DNA of 41,063 nucleotides from the NCBI GenBank assembly GCA_050486505.1, contig JBJHDK010000014.1:1-41063 (forward strand). Direction: 5' to 3'. This document shows, piece by piece, positions 25,545 through 33,593 of the stretch. The position numbers were made by a program, and so were the translations under genes. The notes below the pieces were generated by a model that was not told where the DNA came from, made no database searches, and saw nothing but the letters and a program-made list of their open reading frames with translations. The DNA is from Fibrobacteria bacterium (GTDB taxonomy: Bacteria; Fibrobacterota; Fibrobacteria; UBA11236). Position 1 is the first letter of the stretch. Every line of letters starts with the position of its first letter.

Positions 25545-27923
25545 ATGACTGCAGGCCCGAATGTCCCCGGCATCAAACCGTCATCATGGTGGGGGGAAAA
25601 CTGGAAGGCCCTTCTGGCCGTTTGGGGAATCTGCCTGCTCCCGTTCCTTCCGGTTCTCTTCGCGGGCGACATCCTCGTTTCGTCCGACCAGATGGGGGCC
25701 CCGGGGTCTTGGCGCTGGTACTTCGATGCTCTTCGCGGCGGCGAGATTCCGCTCTGGAATCCCTACCGGCTCGGGGGCATGCCCACCTTCGACGCGATGT
25801 TCGGAGACTCGGCCTACCCCGTCTTTCTGCTCCTCGGCTTCGTACTTCCGGTGACGCACATCGTCACCTACAACTTCCTCCTCCATATCCTGATTGCCGG
25901 TTTTTCCGCCTACGTGTTGGCCCGGCGCGGCTTTGGGGTGGCGACCTGGATTGCCGTGGCGCTTGCGGTCGCATATGCCCTGAACCCTCACTTCATCGGA
26001 TACGTCTACGGCGGGCACACAGGCAAGTTCCACATTTTGTCGTGGTTGCCCCTTTCCGTATTCTTCCTGCTCAGGGTACTTGGTCCCGCCGCGTCGTGGA
26101 AGCATGTGCTCGGCCTTTCGGCCACCATCGCCCTGTTTGCTTCCGCGAACCACCCCCAGTTCACATACTACGTGCTGATGGGGTATTTCCTGATTTGGTT
26201 GTATTTCCTGCTTCCGCCTCTCCGGAGACTCCGGTTCCGGGAGATGGGCTCATTGGCTGTCCGGTTTTGGGTTCCCATTCTGCTCGGGCTCGGAATGCTG
26301 TTCGCGGTGCTCTATCCACCGTTGGAATACAACAGTGCGTTCAGCGTGCGCGGCGGCGAGGAGCGTACCACCTACGAGCATGCGATTTCATGGTCGATTC
26401 ACCCGGAGGAAGCCGCTTCGCTCTTTGTGCCCGAGTTTGGGGGCCTGAACCGGGATTACTGGGGGCGTAACCCCTTCAAGATCAATACGGAGGCGCCTGG
26501 AACCTTGGTGTGGTTCCTTGCCTTGCTGGGTGTCTTCGCCTTTCGTCGTAGTCGATGGTTTTGGCTGTGGAGTTCCATCGGCGTTCTTGCCATCATCTTC
26601 GGGTTGGGTGGAAACACTCCGCTTTATCGCTTGTTCTACGAGTTCATACCGGGAATCAAGAACTTCCGTGCGCCCAGCATGATGTTGTTCTGGCTCGTAA
26701 CCGCCTTGTTGCTGATGTCGGCCGAAACCGTGCGGCGCCTGCTTGCGGAAGGTCGCGACGCGCTGCCGCAGGCTGATCGCGACAAAATCTTTCGCCGTTT
26801 ACGCATCACCGGCTATTCGGTGGCCGGTGGTCTCGCGTTCTTCGCGATCTTCCCCGGCGTGGCTTATGCCATCTGGGGAGTCTTCGTCGACGAGGCCAGG
26901 ATCGCAAACATCGCGCGGCAGGGAATGGCCGAGGCCGCGTTCACGGTCGGCGCCTTCCGCGTCGCCGCACTCGTCGCCGTATTGACCTGGGCCACGACGT
27001 CCTTTTTGTTGCGCGCCCGCCGCCCGTTGGCGTTCGGGCTGGTCGCGCTGGCGGTCGCGGTGGCAGACACGTACTGGGTGAACCGTAACTTCATTCAGGG
27101 CTATCCGCCCGGCCATGGCTTCGCGTCGGAGCCTGCCATCGACCACATCAAGTCGGATCCCGACAGGTTCCGCGTGTTCGGCTTGCCCGGTGCTTACGAG
27201 CGCGACTTCGGCGGCTACCACGGATTCGAGGCCGTCGATGGATGGGTCGATAACGAGGTTGCGCACTATCGGCAATTCCGTGGTAACGATTACCAACGCA
27301 ACCCAAACTTCTTCATCGGCCTGGAGCAGAATCAGGACGGCACCGTATCCGGCAATGTCTTCCTCGACTTGCTCAACGTCAAGTATCTGGCTTTCAGGCC
27401 CTCGAACGACCAAGGGCTGAGGTTGGCCCTCAATGCATCCCATTTGCCAAGGGCGTGGTTCACGCCGCATTGGGAGGCGGTCGATGCGCCGGACGCGCTG
27501 CGCCGGCTCAAGGAGTCCGGGTTCGATCCTCGACGTACCACCCTTGTGACGGCGCCCGGCGCGGTCACGGGAGGCGATCGTGATGCCGATGTCTCGGGAG
27601 TCCGCGTGCAGGAAACGTTGCGCAAGTACAACCGGCTCGCCTACATGGTGGAGACCCCCGTCGAGGGCGTCTTCGTGTTGTCCGAGGTTTGGTTTCCCCA
27701 CTGGAATGTCAAGGTGAACGGTCGGTCGGTTGAACTTTTACGCGCGAACCACGCTTTACGTGGGGTGCATCTGCAACCCGGAACTCACGAAGTGACGTTT
27801 GTGTACAGGTCGCCGTGGATTCGTACCGGCCTGATTGTGGCGTTCGTCAGTGCCCTGGGGCTCGCACTTCTCTGCTTCGGGTTCGCCGCCGCTGAAAGGC
27901 GCCGCGCCGTGCCGCGGGCGTAG
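25545..27923 (+). CDS. YfhO-like multi-pass membrane glycosyltransferase (GT-C superfamily)
   Basis: PLWNPYRLGGMP, FRAP, LDLLNVKY, LPRAWF, LSEVWFPHWNVKVNG, RANHALRGV motifs; many TM helices; GAGGA ribosome-binding site before ATG 25545. Confidence 0.85.
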   Translation: MTAGPNVPGIKPSSWWGENWKALLAVWGICLLPFLPVLFAGDILVSSDQMGAPGSWRWYFDALRGGEIPLWNPYRLGGMPTFDAMFGDSAYPVFLLLGFVLPVTHIVTYNFLLHILIAGFSAYVLARRGFGVATWIAVALAVAYALNPHFIGYVYGGHTGKFHILSWLPLSVFFLLRVLGPAASWKHVLGLSATIALFASANHPQFTYYVLMGYFLIWLYFLLPPLRRLRFREMGSLAVRFWVPILLGLGMLFAVLYPPLEYNSAFSVRGGEERTTYEHAISWSIHPEEAASLFVPEFGGLNRDYWGRNPFKINTEAPGTLVWFLALLGVFAFRRSRWFWLWSSIGVLAIIFGLGGNTPLYRLFYEFIPGIKNFRAPSMMLFWLVTALLLMSAETVRRLLAEGRDALPQADRDKIFRRLRITGYSVAGGLAFFAIFPGVAYAIWGVFVDEARIANIARQGMAEAAFTVGAFRVAALVAVLTWATTSFLLRARRPLAFGLVALAVAVADTYWVNRNFIQGYPPGHGFASEPAIDHIKSDPDRFRVFGLPGAYERDFGGYHGFEAVDGWVDNEVAHYRQFRGNDYQRNPNFFIGLEQNQDGTVSGNVFLDLLNVKYLAFRPSNDQGLRLALNASHLPRAWFTPHWEAVDAPDALRRLKESGFDPRRTTLVTAPGAVTGGDRDADVSGVRVQETLRKYNRLAYMVETPVEGVFVLSEVWFPHWNVKVNGRSVELLRANHALRGVHLQPGTHEVTFVYRSPWIRTGLIVAFVSALGLALLCFGFAAAERRRAVPRA

Positions 27924-27926
27924 CGC

Positions 27927-28898
27927 GTGCCGGACGGTAAGCGCATGAAAGCGTTGCCCAAACCGCTCGTCCTGTTCCTCAAGGGCGCGGTGACCGTGCT
28001 CGCGATCTGGCTGGTCGTTAGGCGCATCGATGATTTCGCTGCGATTCTGGATGCAGCGCGTGGAGCCCATTGGGGGTGGCTTTTCCTATGCCTGGTTGCG
28101 CAGTACGCGGGCTGTGTGCTGAATGCCATGCGCTGGAAAGTACTTGTACCGCTTGTTGACACACCCTTGCGCAAGTATCTGTATTACGTATTTGTCGGGC
28201 ACTTTCTCAACTTTTTCCTTCCTTCTACGGCATTGGCCGAGGGGGCGCGCACGTATGCCTTCGGTCGCAAGTATGGAGGGATGCAGAAGAATTTCGCCGC
28301 AGCCCTGTTCGCTCGCGGCTCAGGACTCGCGGTGCAAAGTGTGATCATCACGCTGTTTCTGGCGTGGTCCTGGGATGACATCCGTGCATTGGAGGCGTGG
28401 GAGACCCTTCGTTTCAACCCGGTTCCCGTAATCGTGGTCGCGACCGTTTCAGGGGCCGGATTGACTGTCGCCTTGTTTTTTTGGGCGGACAAGGTCCGGT
28501 TCTTTGTGGGCATTCTCATCGGATTTGTCCGGGATATTCGCTTGTTCGCGCAAGTTCTTTTTCTTTCAGCCCTGATTCAGACCTGCGTCATGGCCGGTGT
28601 CTATGCCCTGTTTCGGAGCATCACCCCTGACATCCAGTTCTGGCATGTTGCTGTGATTCCCATCGTCGTGCACATGATTTTGATGATTCCGGTCAGCTTC
28701 GGTGGCGTCGGCGTGCGCGAGTACCTGAACATCCTTTTCTACACCGGCCTCGCGGGAATTGCCGCGGAGGTCACCCTGACAGTGAGTCTTTTGGCTTATG
28801 TTTACTGGGGAATCATGGCCGGCACGGGCGCAGCCTGGATGATGTTGCGTAGACGTGCTTCTCTCGCTTCACAAAATATCACGGATGGAAAGACATGA
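27927..28898 (+). CDS. Lysylphosphatidylglycerol synthase TM-domain (flippase-like) protein
   Basis: RWKVL, FLNFFLPS...E..R, IPVSFGGVGVRE motifs; multi-TM. Alternative ATG at 27945. Confidence 0.85.
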   Translation: MPDGKRMKALPKPLVLFLKGAVTVLAIWLVVRRIDDFAAILDAARGAHWGWLFLCLVAQYAGCVLNAMRWKVLVPLVDTPLRKYLYYVFVGHFLNFFLPSTALAEGARTYAFGRKYGGMQKNFAAALFARGSGLAVQSVIITLFLAWSWDDIRALEAWETLRFNPVPVIVVATVSGAGLTVALFFWADKVRFFVGILIGFVRDIRLFAQVLFLSALIQTCVMAGVYALFRSITPDIQFWHVAVIPIVVHMILMIPVSFGGVGVREYLNILFYTGLAGIAAEVTLTVSLLAYVYWGIMAGTGAAWMMLRRRASLASQNITDGKT

Positions 28899-29605
28899 GC
28901 GGTTTCAACGATGAACGCTATGGTGAGCTGTTGCATGCCCCTGAAGAATCGGACGACGCGCGCATGCGCGTGGTTTCGAAGTTGCTGAAACCTCATCGCG
29001 GGCAACGGCTGTTGGACGTGGGATGCATGGACGGATTTCTCTCGGAGCGCTTCCGTCGCGAGGGGTTCCGCACCGTGGGGCTCGATGCATCGCCCCGGGC
29101 CATCGAGCGTGCCCGCGAGATTTGCGACGAGGCCTATGTCGCCGATTTCGACAAGCTCCCCCTTCCGCTTCGCGACGGGCATGTCGACGGGGTTTTCGCC
29201 GGGGAGGTCATCGAACACGTGTTTCGCACCGAAGAGTTCCTGGAGGAACTTGCACGCGTCACGGCGCCGGGAGGGTTTCTTGTCTTGACGACACCCAATC
29301 TCGCCTGCTGGATCAATCGTCTTTCGTTGTTGGTCGGCTGGCAGCCATTTTTTACGGAGGTTGGGGTGCGCCCTGGAAGCAACGGAAACCCGTTACGTCA
29401 AAAAGACCTGCTGCCGGCGGGGCACATCCGCGTGATGACAGCCAGGTCTCTTCGAGACCTGCTGGAGCGTTGCGGGTGGTCCGTCGTGAAAATCTGCGGT
29501 GCGGGAGTGATGACACGCCCGGGAGTGCGCCAGGTGGACGAGACGGTCAGCAGGCTTCTTCCCTCGTTTGCTTCGGATCTGATCGCGTACTGTCGTAAAA
29601 AGTGA
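28895..29605 (+). CDS. Class I SAM-dependent methyltransferase
   Basis: LLDVGCMDG, FAGEVIEH, PGGFLVLTTPNL; ATGA overlap with the previous gene. Confidence 0.88.
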   Translation: MSGFNDERYGELLHAPEESDDARMRVVSKLLKPHRGQRLLDVGCMDGFLSERFRREGFRTVGLDASPRAIERAREICDEAYVADFDKLPLPLRDGHVDGVFAGEVIEHVFRTEEFLEELARVTAPGGFLVLTTPNLACWINRLSLLVGWQPFFTEVGVRPGSNGNPLRQKDLLPAGHIRVMTARSLRDLLERCGWSVVKICGAGVMTRPGVRQVDETVSRLLPSFASDLIAYCRKK

Positions 29606-29623
29606 CGCACCCGGATCCCGCGG

Positions 29624-30760
29624 TCATCCGCGTCGCGATATCACCGGAGTACGATCAGCGATCCATTCCCATTCCTTCTCCGCGATCGCATCCCAACTGA
29701 AGGCGCGGGCGCGTTCACGTCCTGCCGTACCCATGCGTTCGCGCGACTCGGCGTCTTCCACGAGCCGGAGGAGACCTTGTTCAAGTGCTTCGGCGTCATT
29801 GACCGGAACCGCAAGTGCGGTCGTTCCGAGGTCGAGGCTGTCGCGGAATCCGTCCGTGTCCGTGGCGAGCACGGCCGTACCGGCAGCATTGGCTTCCAGC
29901 GCGGCGATGCCGAAGCCTTCGAAGCGTGACGGGGATGCGAAGAACAGGCAGGCGGACAGCAACTCGCGCTTGCGCCGTTCGGTGATATCCATCTCCAGTC
30001 GAAACTTGTCGCGCCCTGAGGCCGGAACCATGTCCGTCAGCCTTTTGACGTCCGCGTCGGTTCCGCGCCCTGCCAGCACCAGGTCGATGTTTCGCGGCGC
30101 GAGAACGTTTGCCCACGCAGGAATCAGAAGGTCGAGGCCTTTCATGTGCATGTCGAAGCGGCCCAGGAAAAGCACGAACGGTTCGATTGAAGGGTTGCGT
30201 GGGCTCGAGAGAAGACCGGCATCAAATCCGTTGGCGGTTTGCAGGATTTCCGCACGGGGGTTGATCGCGCGAATGCGATTCTTCACTGATGCGTTCACGA
30301 CGAGATAGCGACGGGCGGAGCGCATCAAGATCGATTCGCATATCCACGGAAGCAGTCCCGCGATCCCGTACTTCCGGAGCGACTCTTTTCCGATGTAGTG
30401 GTGGAGGAAGATGCTGTAGCGGTTTCCCCGCAATGCTCCGAGCAGGATCGGGGCATAGATGGATGCTCCGTTGACGATGCTGTCGGCACGATCGAAAAGG
30501 ATACGACAATTCGCATGCAGCGTGTACATGAGGCGACATAGCCAGTTCCTGTTCCCGAAACCGAGCCCGCGGATGCGTACGCCGTCTTCCGTGCGGTCCT
30601 TGAATCCGGGGTAGCGTGCGGTATACAGCGTCACATCAGCGTTACGCGCAATGCGCTTGAGCACCTCGAAATCCCGAACGGCTCCTCCTCCGGAAACCCA
30701 AGGGTTTCCCAAGCTATCGAAAGAGTAGTAGGAAAGCCGTGGTTTTCCGTTGGGCGTCAT
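29624..30760 (-). CDS. Glycosyltransferase family 4 (GT-B)
   Basis: SGGGA, FLGRF..KGLD, PSRFEGFGIAALEA, FSWD. Start at ATG 30760, which overlaps the upstream stop. Confidence 0.92.
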   Translation of the reverse strand: MTPNGKPRLSYYSFDSLGNPWVSGGGAVRDFEVLKRIARNADVTLYTARYPGFKDRTEDGVRIRGLGFGNRNWLCRLMYTLHANCRILFDRADSIVNGASIYAPILLGALRGNRYSIFLHHYIGKESLRKYGIAGLLPWICESILMRSARRYLVVNASVKNRIRAINPRAEILQTANGFDAGLLSSPRNPSIEPFVLFLGRFDMHMKGLDLLIPAWANVLAPRNIDLVLAGRGTDADVKRLTDMVPASGRDKFRLEMDITERRKRELLSACLFFASPSRFEGFGIAALEANAAGTAVLATDTDGFRDSLDLGTTALAVPVNDAEALEQGLLRLVEDAESRERMGTAGRERARAFSWDAIAEKEWEWIADRTPVISRRG

Positions 30761-31548
30761 GAATCGGCACCTCGTTCGGATGCCATTCGTCGAGATGGTT
30801 CTTTCAATTTCGGATCCGTTTGAGGCGCGTCTTTTTTGCAAATGAACACGACGGAGGGGACGGCAACCTCGCGCAGCACGGGAATCCTGTTCATGAAGTG
30901 CAACTTGAGGTGCGTATCGAATCCCTTCACGTAGCGCAGTCCGCTTTCACGGATCAGGCGCAGCATGTACGAAAAAGTGTTGGGGTACAAGTGCTCTTCG
31001 GCGTACGAGTTTCCGGGGATCTTGTTTCGGAAGAAGAGTTGCCTTAGAAATTTTGCTGCCGGAAAAGGCAGGATGTGAAAAGGTTTGAGTTGGTGTCCGG
31101 CATTCGGGTTCCACCATGGCTGTGTCATGAGGTACAGGTAGCCTCCGGGTTTCAGGACGCGGTGGATGTCGCGGAGAAAGCCTTCCTTGGTCGCGGGGGG
31201 AACGTGCTCGATGACGCCCCTGCAAAGAACGACATCGAACGAGCCTTCCGGAAAAGGCATGTCCACCGCAGAAGCCTTCACACTGCGTTCCCACACAGGG
31301 AGATTCGGATCGAATTTCAGATCTAGGTTAAGCGCCCAGGTTTCTCGCCGTTTTTCCAAAACCCGGCAGAACTCACCATTCGCTCCGCCCACGTCAAGAA
31401 TCTTTTTTCCCGCCAAGTGAGTGAACTGTTCGATCTCTTCCAGAAAGACTTCAGCCAGATACTCGCGCATGCGGGTATAGTTGTCATCCTTGAAACGGTT
31501 GAATGTGAAGAAGACAAGCTTTCGGTAATGACTCAATATTTTTGCCAT
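30757..31548 (-). CDS. Class I SAM-dependent methyltransferase
   Basis: ILDVGGANG, MPFPEGSFD, VIEHV, RVLKPGG. Extended -10 TGCTATACT upstream (31594-31602, minus strand). Confidence 0.88.
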   Translation of the reverse strand: MAKILSHYRKLVFFTFNRFKDDNYTRMREYLAEVFLEEIEQFTHLAGKKILDVGGANGEFCRVLEKRRETWALNLDLKFDPNLPVWERSVKASAVDMPFPEGSFDVVLCRGVIEHVPPATKEGFLRDIHRVLKPGGYLYLMTQPWWNPNAGHQLKPFHILPFPAAKFLRQLFFRNKIPGNSYAEEHLYPNTFSYMLRLIRESGLRYVKGFDTHLKLHFMNRIPVLREVAVPSVVFICKKDAPQTDPKLKEPSRRMASERGADS

Positions 31549-31679
31549 TGTTTTCAATGCTACAGACGGAGGATTGAGGGTTAAAGCAAAGTCAGTATAG
31601 CAAAGAGCAATGCTTGGAAGCTCACGTCATGCTCCCTTAGTGTCAGCCGGAACTGTTGGGAGCGGGTTTATGGAAAATG

Positions 31680-31720
31680 AAATAAAAGACTGTCCGCGAA
31701 GAGATTTCGCAGACAGTCTT
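31680..31720 (-). terminator. Rho-independent terminator
   Basis: Minus strand: AAGACTGTCTGCGAA-loop-TTCGCGGACAGTCTT followed by a T-rich tail, just after the 31781-33162 gene pair. Confidence 0.75.
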
Positions 31721-31780
31721 GAAAGCAGCTTTTGAAAGAACCTATCTCCGGTTTTGCACTGGTTCTTCCCTGTTCCGGGG

Positions 31781-32281
31781 TTATCGCACGGGAAGTCGTT
31801 GGATCATGCGGTTGTCGCCGCTTGTCCACCGAAGCATTACGATCCCGCCCCCTGGAGCCTGTTGGAATTCCAGGGTCCGCGAGTGTATGCCCGGAGACTG
31901 TGTTTCCCACACCCACTTTTTAAGCAGGCGCCCATTTGAGGCAAACACTTCCAGTGATACCGGAGAGGCTTCCGACAGATGGTAATCGACCTGCAAAAGG
32001 CCGACATTCAAGGAAACGTTTACTAATGCGCTCATACCGATCATGGGCTGAGGCGCTTCAGTTCCCGTTTTCGATTGATCGCCGCCAAGCAGAAATTCGG
32101 CAGATCCCCCATTCAGGTGAAATCCATCCTCAAATACGATGGATCCACCGAAGGCGAATCGTACGGATTCTCCCGGGCCCACGGAGTGCTCGCGGCCCAA
32201 GTTCATTCCGCTGACAGCGTGTGTCAGTATTGAGACGATGACCAAAACCGCACTCACAGATGGCGTGATTCCATGACTCAT
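31781..32281 (-). CDS. Small secreted protein with a T9SS/FlgD-type C-terminal domain
   Basis: AAGGAGG ribosome-binding site, signal peptide, C-terminal VSLEVFASNGRLLK...PGIH..GIVMLRW pattern. Confidence 0.7.
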   Translation of the reverse strand: MSHGITPSVSAVLVIVSILTHAVSGMNLGREHSVGPGESVRFAFGGSIVFEDGFHLNGGSAEFLLGGDQSKTGTEAPQPMIGMSALVNVSLNVGLLQVDYHLSEASPVSLEVFASNGRLLKKWVWETQSPGIHSRTLEFQQAPGGGIVMLRWTSGDNRMIQRLPVR

Positions 32282-32304
32282 GGTGTCCTCCTTTGAAAAG
32301 CCGA

Positions 32305-33162
32305 TTAATGGCCTCTGAGTGAGCTAATCTCGTTCTGCAAGGACTGGATGGTGGCCTGTTGTTCCTGCACGGCTTTCACCAGAATCGGAATCAGTCCGAG
32401 ATAATCGACCGACTTGAAGTGAACAGGTTTTCCGGCTTGCTTTCCGTCTTCGGTTAGCGTGGTCGGAGCAATGCCGGTTGTCACCAACTCCGGTAACGCA
32501 GCTTCCACGTCTTGCGCGACAAGGCCATACTTTTCGCCCGAGGCCAGATTGACATTTTTGAATTTCCCGACGTTCATTTCGTAGGCCTTGGGCTTCAGTG
32601 CCATGATCTTGTTCAGTCCTCCGTCCAGCGAACGGACGTTCTTCTTGAACATCAAATCGGAAGGGTTCGAAAAGGTTCCTGTGACCAGGACGTTTCCGTT
32701 GAAATATCCTGCGTAATTTCCGCCCGTCCCATAGACAGCGTAACCTGTGCCACTGGCCCCAGAGCTGGATCCGTACAGGCCGTAGCTCGTACCGCCCGCG
32801 CTCCAACTCAACCCAGCGACAGCGTAATTTTGCGAGGTTCCGCGATATGCGTCAAAATATCCCCCAAAGGTGGTTGTCGCACTATCACCCCTTCCGTAAA
32901 TGCCGCGCCGAGTGCCTGTACCTGACTTTGTTGCGATACCATTGACACCATTCGTTGCGCCGATACCCACAACTCCGACGCTTCCGTCGACTGTGATGGC
33001 AACGCCTCTAACAGCCGTTCTACCTGCCCCTGAGGTCGCTGTACTTGTGGCACGGATGACATTAAGGCTGTCTCCTTCGAAGACGGCATTGGCGGGTTGT
33101 GCTTCCACAAGTGAGCTGTACAGGAAGACCGCTGAAGTGAAAATGAAAAAACGACCAAACAT
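32305..33162 (-). CDS. Secreted fibre-like protein with C-terminal Peptidase_S74 (intramolecular chaperone) domain
   Basis: AAGGAGG before ATG 33162; signal peptide; Gly-rich GxYG/GVxG repeats; AGYFNGNV, PSDLMFKKNV, YGLVAQDVE..LPELV, VDYLGLIPILVKAVQEQQ coiled coil. Confidence 0.85.
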   Translation of the reverse strand: MFGRFFIFTSAVFLYSSLVEAQPANAVFEGDSLNVIRATSTATSGAGRTAVRGVAITVDGSVGVVGIGATNGVNGIATKSGTGTRRGIYGRGDSATTTFGGYFDAYRGTSQNYAVAGLSWSAGGTSYGLYGSSSGASGTGYAVYGTGGNYAGYFNGNVLVTGTFSNPSDLMFKKNVRSLDGGLNKIMALKPKAYEMNVGKFKNVNLASGEKYGLVAQDVEAALPELVTTGIAPTTLTEDGKQAGKPVHFKSVDYLGLIPILVKAVQEQQATIQSLQNEISSLRGH

Positions 33163-33189
33163 GATAACCTCCTTGGATTTGCATTTATT

Positions 33190-33420
33190 CGATATGCAAG
33201 ATTGCATCTCGTGCGACTCCTATGTTCGCATTGGCAACATATCGGGGGGGCTTTGGATTACGCAAGACTTCTGATCAAAAAGCGTTGCCAAATGTGAACG
33301 CGCAAGCAAATGATTCTGTAACTTATTGATATTGTGCAAGATAGGGAAATACTGTTGCGTAAATAGTGTTATAATATTCTTGACATAAGGATACTCTGGC
33401 TTTTAAATAACTTTTGGAGG
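33190..33420. promoter_or_regulatory. AT-rich regulatory region with IHF consensus and inverted repeats
   Basis: Minus-strand TATCAATAAGTTA (33319-33331) matches WATCAANNNNTTR. Also ATGCAA-GA-TTGCAT (33194-33207), TTGGCAAC...GTTGCCAA (33231-33291) and plus-strand TGTTATAAT (33367-33375). Confidence 0.5.
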
Positions 33421-33593
33421 TCTTAATTATTCGATTTGTTTCTTTTCGTACGATTACCTAACATTTCGTTTACTTGTTGCGTCGCGTTTTTCGATTAAAT
33501 CGTTTAGCATTGATCGGTTTTGTGTGGCGGGGGATACAGTATTATCTCACGTGCTGGGAGCCCACCTTTTCTCCTCCTCGATACCCCCTTCTT

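Noticed and set aside
33274..33292. Sigma54 promoter (TTGGCAAC...TTGAT on the minus strand)
   Set aside because: Spacing is off by one and the -12 GC is absent.
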